Shown: positions 1 through 7,505 of the stretch, piece by piece | How positions within the stretch are numbered: position 1 is the stretch's first letter | How the letters are laid out: every line of letters starts with the position of its first letter | Origin: a virus | Length of the DNA stretch: 58,873 bases | Virus record (IMG/VR): IMGVR_UViG_3300023181_000006 | Span: 1 to 58,873 of that record | Strand: one strand, 5' to 3' | Notes under the pieces: model-generated | Database searches by the model: none | Seen by the model: the letters and a program-made list of their open reading frames with translations, nothing else | Told to the model about the DNA's origin: nothing | Translations under genes and position numbers: made by a program

Positions 1-114
1 ATACCTAGCAGCCAAGCGCCTAAACGAGCTTGAGAACGCGCTCAACCAGATCAACGAGAACATAGACAAGGCCGAAGCTGCGCTTACTGAGTGCCGCCAT
101 GTTCAGGCTATGAC
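1..114. repeat. Terminal direct repeat. Bases 1..114 are identical to 58760..58873, consistent with the assembly overlap of a circular or circularly permuted genome (unit length 58759 bp)
   Basis: Read directly: both ends spell ATACCTAGCAGCCAAGCGCC...GTTCAGGCTATGAC. An ORF reads through the junction without interruption. Confidence 0.95.
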
Positions 115-175
115 AGCGCTAAAGATTAGCTCTCAGCGGGCGGCTTTAGCGGCCATGCCGGATGACGCAGCATGA
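2..175 (+). CDS. 3' part of a junction-spanning small ORF. The full ORF is 58746..58873 joined to 115..175 (62 aa, coiled-coil-like hypothetical protein)
   Basis: The frame continues from ATG 58746 through the repeat to TGA 173..175. That stop overlaps ATG 172 of the next gene (ATGA). Confidence 0.6.
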   Translation, partial: YLAAKRLNELENALNQINENIDKAEAALTECRHVQAMTALKISSQRAALAAMPDDAA

Positions 176-831
176 GGCCGGTCATCATCGGAGGCGCCGA
201 AATGTGGCATGGCGATAGTTCGGAAATCTTACCGCTTATTGGGCTATGTGACGCAGTGGTTAGCGATCCTCCATATGGACTCGGCGACAAGATGACGGGC
301 GGAACTAAGCGTTTTTCGACTGGCGAAGGCGGCATGAAGACGTTAGGCGACTGGGACGCGCAGCCGGTACCGGATCTTCTTCAGATGCTTACCCCAATCG
401 CCCCTGTCATGATGCTTTGGGGCGGCAACTACTATCCGGTACCGGCGTCACGTGGCTGGCTGGTATGGGTAAAAATCAACGGCGTACAGACGATGGCAAG
501 CGTTGAGCTTTGCTGGACCAACATCGACATGAACAGCAAGCACTTCATGCACCCAGTTAACGGCTGGCAACGAGACCATCCTACACAGAAACCGGTCGAC
601 CTGATGCACTGGTGCTTGTCGTTCATTCCCAAAGCTGAGCGTATCTGCGATCCATTCATGGGCAGCGGTACAACTGGCGTAGCTGCTGTGATGGCCGGCC
701 GTCGCTTTGTCGGGATCGAGCGCGAGGCAAAGTATTTTGATGCTGCATGTGCACGTATCGAGCGTGCCGTCGCGCAAGGCCAACTGTTCGCCCCGGCTGC
801 ACCAAAGCAAGAACAAACCTCTCTGCTCTAG
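172..831 (+). CDS. DNA methyltransferase, beta-class N6-adenine/N4-cytosine type (DPPY family)
   Basis: 219 aa. Motif IV VVSDPPYG lies N-terminal, followed by HPTQKPVDLM and then motif I DPFMGSGTTGVAA. This is the N6_N4 MTase order. Confidence 0.9.
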   Translation: MRPVIIGGAEMWHGDSSEILPLIGLCDAVVSDPPYGLGDKMTGGTKRFSTGEGGMKTLGDWDAQPVPDLLQMLTPIAPVMMLWGGNYYPVPASRGWLVWVKINGVQTMASVELCWTNIDMNSKHFMHPVNGWQRDHPTQKPVDLMHWCLSFIPKAERICDPFMGSGTTGVAAVMAGRRFVGIEREAKYFDAACARIERAVAQGQLFAPAAPKQEQTSLL

Positions 832-857
832 CTCACCGCCACCACTGAAAGGGAAAT

Positions 858-1097
858 ATGAAATCGAAAGACTGGAACAGCGATCATCCGGCAAGTGCCC
901 CACCGCATGGGGCAGAAGTATGGGTAGCCTTCCAAGAAGTAACCGCAGGCGACGAATCATGTGAAGTAGCGATTGGGTTCTTTGACTCGGTATATCGTAA
1001 ATGGCGGTTCCGCGATGGTGTGGCCGTTTCTGAGACAGGGTGCACCGTTTGCGGTTGGCTACCGATTATAAAGCCTACCTACGATGTGACGCTGTAG
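858..1097 (+). CDS. hypothetical protein (79 aa)
   Basis: ORF with an AAGGGA SD-like sequence upstream of the ATG. It fills the gap between flanking genes in the same orientation. Confidence 0.5.
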   Translation: MKSKDWNSDHPASAPPHGAEVWVAFQEVTAGDESCEVAIGFFDSVYRKWRFRDGVAVSETGCTVCGWLPIIKPTYDVTL

Positions 1098-1119
1098 TCA
1101 ACCACCGAAAGGATGCAGC

Positions 1120-1461
1120 ATGGACCGCATAGACGCAGTTCTATCCGCTATGCCAGCCACCAGAGCCGAGATAATCGCCATGACAGGGCTAACCAAGGGG
1201 TCCGTGCAGAACGCCGTCGAGAAGCTGCATGCGGCCCGCTGGTGCCATGTCTCAGGCTGGCGGCGGGAGAAGCGCAACAACACGGGAACATTCGTGCAGC
1301 GCCTCTCTGCTGGGGCAGGCAAGGATCGCGCTTGCAAGCTACAGCCGCTCACGCAGAAGGAGCGCGACGGCTTGCGGCAAGAGCGCAAGGTAGCGAGGAA
1401 AGCGCGCATCAAGACGCTGTTTGCGCCTCTGCTGATTCAGGCGAGCAAGCAATACTACTGA
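1120..1461 (+). CDS. hypothetical protein, winged-helix-like N-terminus (113 aa)
   Basis: The pattern TRAEIIAMTGLTKGSVQNAVEKL is HTH-like. An AAAGGA SD is present and the gene is followed by a strong terminator. Confidence 0.6.
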   Translation: MDRIDAVLSAMPATRAEIIAMTGLTKGSVQNAVEKLHAARWCHVSGWRREKRNNTGTFVQRLSAGAGKDRACKLQPLTQKERDGLRQERKVARKARIKTLFAPLLIQASKQYY

Positions 1462-1576
1462 CTCGGGGAATGTAGCTTTTCTGCGAGTCATTGGAAATAG
1501 GAAAAATTTCCGTTGCGTATGTTAGGCAACTCACGTAAGATTCTAGCTATTGATTGCGTCGAACCAATCTTATATG

Positions 1577-1649
1577 AAGCTGCTCTAGCAAGAAACCTGC
1601 CCCTCTAAAGGGGGTTCGACCAGGTTTCTTACTAAAGCAGCTTTTTTTT
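1577..1649 (+). terminator. Compound rho-independent terminator: a nested hairpin followed by a T8 run
   Basis: AAGCTGCT (1577..1584) pairs with AGCAGCTT (1636..1643). AGAAACCTG (1591..1599) pairs with CAGGTTTCT (1621..1629). There is an inner CCCC..GGGG hairpin, then eight T (1642..1649). Confidence 0.75.
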
Positions 1650-1914
1650 CGTCTAATGAAAACGAAACACCAATTTCATAGTGGCTGTTGCTGGGGAATT
1701 CCTAACCCTAGGCGGTAACAGCTTGATAGAGGTACCTGGGGCTGAAAGCAGATGAGATACCTCACATATCGGTGGCGAAGCTAGTGCCGATTCTGCGAAC
1801 GACTGGCGCGTGACCGACGTCCTCACTGGATATCAGTTTAAAGGAACTAGTTTCTAGCTTAGGGACTCGTTCGCTCAGAGCCTCTTGGATAACTAAATAT
1901 AACTAAGGAAGTGA

Positions 1915-2103
1915 ATGTACTTGATTAATAAACTAAAAGCTAAGATCAAACATCTTTGGAAGGGTACAGATACTTTCTGTAGGCAATATTCCACTGGTGG
2001 CTTGAATCCAAACAACTACGGGCTGGTCGATGAAAGCGATTTACCGCTTTGCGCAATGTGCGACCGAAAACATAAAGCTTACAGAGGTGAAAAATGCAAC
2101 TGA
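1915..2103 (+). CDS. hypothetical small Cys-containing protein (62 aa) in an AT-rich segment
   Basis: Strong SD TAAGGAAG 5 nt upstream of the ATG. The 3' end overlaps the next gene's start, and the sequence contains CAMCDRKHKAYRGEKC. Confidence 0.45.
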   Translation: MYLINKLKAKIKHLWKGTDTFCRQYSTGGLNPNNYGLVDESDLPLCAMCDRKHKAYRGEKCN

Positions 2104-2780
2104 CCGAAAACGTAGAGCGCACCATGACTAGCCGGCAAATCGCCGAGGCTGTTGGTAGCGATCATCACAACGTAATGGCAACCATTCGAAAGCTTAATCG
2201 GGAGGGTGTCATTGCTGGAAATGAGACCCCCTACACGCACCAGCAGAACGGGCAGACTTACACCGAGTTCAATCTGAGCTACCGTGACACGATGGTGGTT
2301 GCTTCTGGTTACAGTGCTGAACTGCGAGCCAGGATCATTGATCGGTGGCTTGCGCTGGAATCCAATCCACAAACTGTGGTTGGGTTCAAGATCCCGAAAA
2401 CGTTCGCTGATGCCTTGCGCCTAGCTGCTGACCAGCAAGAGACTATTCAGCAACAGGCCGCCCAGTTGGCTATCGCCGCGCCAGCTATGGAATTCGTTGA
2501 CCGATACGTCGAAAGCGAAACGGGTAGCATGGGCTTCCGCGAAGTCTGCAAACTGCTCAAGGTGAAAGAGCCAGCGTTCAAGGCGTTTCTTGCCAAGCAA
2601 TCCATCATGTATCGCTTGGGTGGCCGTCTGACTCCGTACCAGCCGCACATTGACGCCGGCCGCTTTGAGGTGAAGACCGGCGAAGCGAACGAGCATGCAT
2701 ACGTGCAAGCCAAGTTCACGGCTAAAGGCATCAAATGGGTCGCCGGCGAGTGGGCGAAGTTTCAACTGGAGGTAGCGTGA
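2094..2780 (+). CDS. Rha-family regulatory protein fused to a KilAC/ANT antirepressor-type C-terminal domain
   Basis: 228 aa. The N-terminus MTSRQIAEAVGSDHHNVMATIRKL is pRha-like. The C-terminus FADALRLAADQQ...FVDRYVES...MGFREVCKLL...RLTPY is KilAC-like. SD GAGGTG is present. Confidence 0.75.
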   Translation: MQLTENVERTMTSRQIAEAVGSDHHNVMATIRKLNREGVIAGNETPYTHQQNGQTYTEFNLSYRDTMVVASGYSAELRARIIDRWLALESNPQTVVGFKIPKTFADALRLAADQQETIQQQAAQLAIAAPAMEFVDRYVESETGSMGFREVCKLLKVKEPAFKAFLAKQSIMYRLGGRLTPYQPHIDAGRFEVKTGEANEHAYVQAKFTAKGIKWVAGEWAKFQLEVA

Positions 2781-2956
2781 GCACGATCATTATGAGCCAA
2801 GCCGAAACCCAAGCATATCTCAATGAGGATGGCGCTGTGGTGCTGCGCCAAGTCGCGCCATATGGCGAAGACGACAACGTGATTATCATTCAAGTCGTGC
2901 ACGTCGACACTCTGATCGCCGCTTTGCAGGAACTGAAAAAGGAATCGCTGTCATGA
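2777..2956 (+). CDS. hypothetical protein (59 aa, GTG start)
   Basis: GGAGG lies 5 nt upstream of GTG 2777. There is a GTGA overlap with the upstream stop. An alternative ATG is at 2792. Confidence 0.5.
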   Translation: MSTIIMSQAETQAYLNEDGAVVLRQVAPYGEDDNVIIIQVVHVDTLIAALQELKKESLS

Positions 2957-3261
2957 TTACTCCTGACTGGATACCCTCCGAAGCATGGGCCGGCTACGTT
3001 GAGATGCGCAAGAAGATCAAGAGGCCTATGACCGATCGCGCCATCGAACTGAAGTTCAAGGCGCTGGCTGCCTTCCGCGACGCCGGCGACGACATCGAAA
3101 AGATCCTTGACCAGTCGACGGAAAATAGCTGGTCTGACCTGTACCCACTGAAGGAGCGCCGCGCTTCGCCTCGCTATCAGCCGGGCTTCGACAGTTCGCG
3201 CTTGGGCAAGCACGGCCAGGCTACCGCAAACGCAGCACTTGATTGGCTGGAGGGGAAATGA
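2953..3261 (+). CDS. hypothetical protein (102 aa), conserved phage-type IPSEAW..YVEMRKKIKRPMT motif
   Basis: ATGA coupling at both ends. The motif resembles C-terminal modules of phage replication-associated proteins (my recollection only). Confidence 0.6.
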   Translation: MITPDWIPSEAWAGYVEMRKKIKRPMTDRAIELKFKALAAFRDAGDDIEKILDQSTENSWSDLYPLKERRASPRYQPGFDSSRLGKHGQATANAALDWLEGK

Positions 3262-3449
3262 GCGTTTTAACTGATTGGCTTCCAAAGAAAAGCAAGCCAG
3301 TGCGTGTAGGCATCTACGAAATTCGGTTGCCATGCAATTGCTGTGAGCGGCTCCGTTTGTGGAATGGGAACCATTGGGTATATCTTGACGGTGGTTATAC
3401 TTCTCAGCAGCATGTCCAATGGCGCGGTTTTAAGGAGCCTCAGCCATGA
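3258..3449 (+). CDS. hypothetical protein (63 aa)
   Basis: GGAGGGG SD upstream of ATG 3258, with an ATGA overlap with the upstream stop. Confidence 0.55.
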   Translation: MSVLTDWLPKKSKPVRVGIYEIRLPCNCCERLRLWNGNHWVYLDGGYTSQQHVQWRGFKEPQP

Positions 3450-4045
3450 TCGACAACCTTGACGAAAAGAAGCGCTTCGCCGCCCTGATTGTGGCGCTGG
3501 CCGACTACTACAACAAGACCACTTCCAAGGGCGTGATCGCGATGTATTGGGAAGGTCTGCGCCAGTACGACTACGAAGCCATCGAGAAAGCCGCATGGGC
3601 GCACACGCAGCTCCCCGACGAGTCCGGGCGCTGGATGCCTCTGGTCAGCGACTTCAACAAGATGCTGATCGGCCGGACGTCGGACCAAGGGCAAATCGCC
3701 TGGAGCAAGGTCGACCGCGCCGTGCGTGTTGTCGGGCCGTATGCCGACGTCGCCTTTGACGATCCGATCATCCACCGCGTACTGCAAGACATGGGCGGCT
3801 GGGCTGTCATCGGCGGCAAAGACGACAAAGAATGGCCGTTCACCGCCAAGGAGTTCGTGACGCGCTACCAGGGCTACAAGATGACCGGCGAGACGCCCGA
3901 CCACCCGGCGTACTTGGTGGGCATAGCGAACGCGCAGAACGGCAGCGCCGGTATCTTCCAGCCGCTGCAAGTGCGCTTGTTGGGCAATGTCGAGAAGGCC
4001 AAGCAGATCGCCAGCGGGCGCACGGAGGTGAAGCGGCTGGCGTGA
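3446..4045 (+). CDS. hypothetical conserved phage protein (199 aa)
   Basis: ATGA-coupled, long ORF with good codon bias. I recognise no catalytic motif. Confidence 0.65.
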   Translation: MIDNLDEKKRFAALIVALADYYNKTTSKGVIAMYWEGLRQYDYEAIEKAAWAHTQLPDESGRWMPLVSDFNKMLIGRTSDQGQIAWSKVDRAVRVVGPYADVAFDDPIIHRVLQDMGGWAVIGGKDDKEWPFTAKEFVTRYQGYKMTGETPDHPAYLVGIANAQNGSAGIFQPLQVRLLGNVEKAKQIASGRTEVKRLA

Positions 4046-4150
4046 CGGGGATGCAACACGCTGTAATAGCGCTTGCGTGATGCGCTGGTGTGGCGTACGA
4101 TGTTGTTTATGGGCAGCGCATACCGCGCGGCGGAATTGGAGATATTAAAT

Positions 4151-4828
4151 ATGGACGCATTGAAAAACGCAGTTGCGGTAGCCTTCGACAAGGTAGTCGC
4201 ATCCGGTGCGATCGAGACCGCGATCGAGACCAAGCTGAACGAGACCATCGCCAGCGCCATCAGCGACCACCTGCGCAGCTACAGCGACTTCGGCAAGGAG
4301 CTGAAGGACAAGGTCAGCCAGGCCATCGGCGTCAACCTGAAAGACATGGACCTGCCGTCGTACGGCGACCTGGTCCTGAACATCATTCGCCGCCAAATGG
4401 ATGCGCAGATGGAAAGCGACTTCGCGAAGCGGCTGGAAGCCGACATGGCTAAGTTGCTAGCACCGGCGCCGGCCGAAATCACCGTCGAGGAAATCATCGA
4501 GGCGTTCATCAAGGCGTATGGCGAGGACAAAGCCGGCGATGACTTCACGCTTCTGATCGAGGCAAAGCATACCGGCTTCACCTATATTTCGCTGGATAAG
4601 GAAAGCGGCACCAGCGAATACAGTTGCGATTTCCGCATTGGCATCCACAACAGCGAAGTGTTTAGCCTTCAAATCAATGGCGACGACACTAAGAAAAAGC
4701 TGTTCATCGGCCCGCTACGCGACTTCGAAAAACTGCTGTTCCAGTTGCACACCGCCAAAACCAAGGTGATCGTGCCCGACGATATCAGCGCCGACGACTT
4801 CCCAAGCAGCTTCCCATATGACGACTAA
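4151..4828 (+). CDS. hypothetical protein (225 aa)
   Basis: ATG 4151 is preceded by GGAG. The ORF track gives a longer 4073 start with a non-ATG codon. Confidence 0.6.
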   Translation: MDALKNAVAVAFDKVVASGAIETAIETKLNETIASAISDHLRSYSDFGKELKDKVSQAIGVNLKDMDLPSYGDLVLNIIRRQMDAQMESDFAKRLEADMAKLLAPAPAEITVEEIIEAFIKAYGEDKAGDDFTLLIEAKHTGFTYISLDKESGTSEYSCDFRIGIHNSEVFSLQINGDDTKKKLFIGPLRDFEKLLFQLHTAKTKVIVPDDISADDFPSSFPYDD

Positions 4829-4838
4829 GGGAGAGGCA

Positions 4839-5036
4839 ATGCCAACCAAAGAAGAAATCAAAGCCGCGCGCAAGTCAGCCGGCCTCACGCAGCTCCAGGC
4901 AATCCGCGTGCTTCGGCCAGCGAGCCGCACAGCGCGGACGTGGAGTACATGGGAGAAGGACGGCACTATGCCTGCTGATGCGTGGGAATTGTTCCAGCTG
5001 AAAACAAAGAAATCGCGCCGCCGTTCTGGCGTTTGA
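4839..5036 (+). CDS. small HTH (XRE-like) DNA-binding protein (65 aa)
   Basis: GGGAGAGG SD. The pattern KAARKSAGLTQLQAIRVL is helix-turn-helix-like. Confidence 0.6.
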   Translation: MPTKEEIKAARKSAGLTQLQAIRVLRPASRTARTWSTWEKDGTMPADAWELFQLKTKKSRRRSGV

Positions 5037-5055
5037 CCACAACTAGGAGAGCAAC

Positions 5056-5193
5056 ATGAAAAAGCAACGCGGCTTCATCAATCTTGACGGTCTTGTGACC
5101 GTGTTCTATCTGGCTGCGGTGGGCATCATCACGATATTTGCTGGCGCTTGCTATGCGCTCTATCTGGTCATCCAGCATTTGCAGTTTGTATAA
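5056..5193 (+). CDS. small membrane protein (45 aa)
   Basis: Below the ORF-track cutoff, so read by eye. AGGAGA SD is present. Translation is MKKQRGFINLDGLVTVFYLAAVGIITIFAGACYALYLVIQHLQFV with one clear TM. Confidence 0.5.
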   Translation: MKKQRGFINLDGLVTVFYLAAVGIITIFAGACYALYLVIQHLQFV

Positions 5194-5203
5194 GGAGAGC
5201 ACC

Positions 5204-5692
5204 ATGGAATTCGCTGAACGTTTCCTCACCCCCGAAGGCTTGCGCGACCTGTACACGCTGTTCCTGGTCTGCGTGGCGCTGATCCTGTTCGTCTGCTGGT
5301 TCATCTCGTACTGCCGGCGCGTCGACACGCTGGACTACCACGATGAAAACTTGGCCGGCCCAGTGCCGCCGCGCTTCGACGTTGATCTAAGCAACGCCTC
5401 TAACCTGGTCGAGGGCATGCGCGAACCAAGCTTATTTGCCAGCATGGACAGCCTCAGGACGCCGCTCAAAGACTACCGCAACCCGACGCCGCCCGGCGAA
5501 AGCATGGACGAGTATTTCGCTAAGGTGGGTGTGAGCGAGCGAGGCCGCGCTGAGGGAGTCCTATTCCCCGCAGAGGATAAATTCTGGACCAAGCATGAGC
5601 CATCGCCACTTGAAAAGGAAAAAAACGCTTCCGCTCGACGCCGGTTGGATATGCTGGCCGCCGACATTCTTAGCCGGGAAAAGCTGCCATGA
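5204..5692 (+). CDS. membrane-anchored hypothetical protein (162 aa)
   Basis: AAGGAGA SD upstream of ATG 5204. N-terminal TM LYTLFLVCVALILFVCWFISY. Confidence 0.6.
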   Translation: MEFAERFLTPEGLRDLYTLFLVCVALILFVCWFISYCRRVDTLDYHDENLAGPVPPRFDVDLSNASNLVEGMREPSLFASMDSLRTPLKDYRNPTPPGESMDEYFAKVGVSERGRAEGVLFPAEDKFWTKHEPSPLEKEKNASARRRLDMLAADILSREKLP

Positions 5693-5874
5693 CAACCGCG
5701 ACCATCGACAAGATAGTCATCTTCGTAGAAGTAGAAGGAAGAGCTTACCGCGTCAACCTGCCGCAAGAGCGCTTGCAGATCATCATGCACATCGCTGGCG
5801 GGCTAGGTGATAACGGAGCGCTGCCGCTCGCCCCGACCGACGACATCAAGTTTTACGCAAAGGAGCCAGCATGA
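5689..5874 (+). CDS. hypothetical protein (61 aa)
   Basis: ATGA coupling at both ends. Confidence 0.55.
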   Translation: MTTATIDKIVIFVEVEGRAYRVNLPQERLQIIMHIAGGLGDNGALPLAPTDDIKFYAKEPA

Positions 5875-6038
5875 AGCCCAACAAGAAAATGCGCGCTGCT
5901 ATTGCACTGGGCAAGCAGCTTGCGGAATCGAAGCCGAAGGAGCGGAAGTGCTACGCTTGCAACGGCAGCGGCCACTATGACACCAACGGCTCGCCAAAGT
6001 GTGGCGCATGCGGTGGCACTGGAAAGGAGCCAGCATGA
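5871..6038 (+). CDS. mini-protein with a DnaJ-type CxxCxGxG zinc-finger pair (55 aa)
   Basis: Read by eye: MKPNKKMRAAIALGKQLAESKPKERKCYACNGSGHYDTNGSPKCGACGGTGKEPA. ATGA coupling at both ends. Confidence 0.6.
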   Translation: MKPNKKMRAAIALGKQLAESKPKERKCYACNGSGHYDTNGSPKCGACGGTGKEPA

Positions 6039-6283
6039 GAATCGTCACACTGGTCCCGCAAACCAAGCGCGGCAAGCAGATCATCAAGCAGCACGGCGAC
6101 CGCTGGGAGGTTGTTAGACGCTGGCCAAGCATCCTCTTCGGCGATGCGCCTAGACCGTGGCTGTTGCTCCTGCCACTGACCGAAGAACGCGCCCCAGCCG
6201 AGGACGTACGCGCCTCTCGCATGGAATCGGCCTCGCGCTGGGTGCATGAATTTAACGACGAACACTTTAAGGTGATGCCATGA
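6035..6283 (+). CDS. hypothetical protein (82 aa)
   Basis: ATG 6035 is preceded by AAGGAG, with an ATGA overlap with the upstream stop. Confidence 0.55.
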   Translation: MRIVTLVPQTKRGKQIIKQHGDRWEVVRRWPSILFGDAPRPWLLLLPLTEERAPAEDVRASRMESASRWVHEFNDEHFKVMP

Positions 6284-6648
6284 TGACCTCTGAATTAACC
6301 GGCGCTCTGTTGGACTTCTGGACCGCCCGCGCTGAGGGCGTGCCGGCCGACGAGTTGGAAATCCGCGACGCCCAGCGTCCGGACGATCCTCACGCGCCGA
6401 AACAATTTTGCGTGCGCAAGATGGCGTATCGGAACGGCGAGCCGTGCGCGGTGATACGGATCGACTACAGCACGAACTGGGCGGTGGCCGGTCCGCTGGT
6501 GGAGAAGCATAGCCTCAACGTAGTTGAGCGCGTAGAGGGATGGAGGGCTTACGACGCGTACAGCGCCAATGGTTCCACCCCACTGATCGCCATATGCCGC
6601 GCTGTCGTGCGCGCCATGTTCGGCGATGATGTAGATGACTTGCCATGA
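6280..6648 (+). CDS. ninX: NinX-like protein (DUF2591 family)
   Basis: 122 aa. The pattern LDFWTARAEG...YSTNWAVAGPLVEKHSL...GSTPLIAICRAVV..FGDDVD matches my recollection of NinX/DUF2591. Confidence 0.65.
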   Translation: MMTSELTGALLDFWTARAEGVPADELEIRDAQRPDDPHAPKQFCVRKMAYRNGEPCAVIRIDYSTNWAVAGPLVEKHSLNVVERVEGWRAYDAYSANGSTPLIAICRAVVRAMFGDDVDDLP

Positions 6649-6854
6649 AAACCGACTACGCCCTACTTTACAGCCTACGAGGCCAGCAGCTCCAAGCCTT
6701 AGCGCGCATCGTTGGCGAGCTGGAGCCGCAAGACGCTGAGGCCGTGCGCAGATTTGCAGCGCTCGCCGGCGCCCAGTACGATGCACGCAACCTCTCCGAT
6801 AAGTCGCTGGAGAGCATTGATGTAATAAGCGGCAAATATTTTGACAGAGTATAA
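6645..6854 (+). CDS. hypothetical protein (69 aa)
   Basis: ATGA-coupled ORF. Confidence 0.5.
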   Translation: MKTDYALLYSLRGQQLQALARIVGELEPQDAEAVRRFAALAGAQYDARNLSDKSLESIDVISGKYFDRV

Positions 6855-6858
6855 AACT

Positions 6859-7191
6859 ATGACCACACCATCCGACATCCGCCGCGACATTCTCGACGCT
6901 CTCGCTACTGCTGGCGAAGACGGTCTAACGCTTGCCGCAATCTCGACGGCAACCGGCTTCGGGCAAGCCAGCTTGCGCCCGGTGCTATCCGAACTCGGCG
7001 GCAGCATGGCTATCCGCAGCACTCAGGCCGGCCGCAATGTGCGCTTCTGGATACCGTCAGAGTCCCGCCTGAAAGCAGAGGAAGCGCTGCGCCAAGTCCG
7101 CATCGCCCCGCCGCTCAAGGTCAACAAGGAGCGCCAGGAGTTGTATGCGCGCCTTGAGGCTGAGCGCAACGCCATCACCTCGATTGGGTAA
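6859..7191 (+). CDS. winged-helix DNA-binding-like protein (110 aa)
   Basis: RRDILDALATAGEDGLTLAAISTATGFGQASLRPVLSELG is MarR/wHTH-like. ATG 6859 was chosen over the TTG at 6841. Confidence 0.55.
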   Translation: MTTPSDIRRDILDALATAGEDGLTLAAISTATGFGQASLRPVLSELGGSMAIRSTQAGRNVRFWIPSESRLKAEEALRQVRIAPPLKVNKERQELYARLEAERNAITSIG

Positions 7192-7194
7192 GCC

Positions 7195-7362
7195 ATGGAA
7201 AACGTCGAGCCGCTGGGCTGGATAATTCTGGCCGTATGGGGCGTCTGGCTCATTTACATTTTCCGCATGATCTACTGCGACATCAAGGAAATGATTCGGC
7301 TGTGGCGCGAAAACAAAGAACTGGACAAGAGCATCAAAGAACTTGATGCGGGGAAGAATTGA
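7195..7362 (+). CDS. small membrane protein (55 aa)
   Basis: Read by eye: MENVEPLGWIILAVWGVWLIYIFRMIYCDIKEM.... It has one TM and starts 3 nt after the upstream stop. Confidence 0.5.
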   Translation: MENVEPLGWIILAVWGVWLIYIFRMIYCDIKEMIRLWRENKELDKSIKELDAGKN

Positions 7363-7405
7363 TGTAGAATTGCAATGTGCCTTGGAGGGCGCGAAAAATT
7401 CAGCT

Positions 7406-7491
7406 AGGACTTTTATGCACGGTGGCTGGTAGCTGATACCAGTTCCTCCAACCCGGTGAAAACTGGGACCGTGCATAAAAGTCCTTTTTTA
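7406..7491 (+). terminator. Long-stem structured element / rho-independent terminator
   Basis: A perfect 18-bp stem: AGGACTTTTATGCACGGT (7406..7423) pairs with ACCGTGCATAAAAGTCCT (7468..7485). It encloses a 44-nt branched loop (CTGGTA/TACCAG hairpin) and is followed by TTTTTTATTT. Confidence 0.7.
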
Positions 7492-7505
7492 TTTAAAGGA
7501 ATAAT

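Noticed and set aside
1600-1630. GGGGGTTCGACC resembles a tRNA T-loop (GTTCGA), which raised the possibility of a tRNA gene
   Set aside because: No complementary T-stem, acceptor stem or anticodon arm can be drawn. The bases are fully explained as the inner part of the nested terminator hairpin at 1577..1649.
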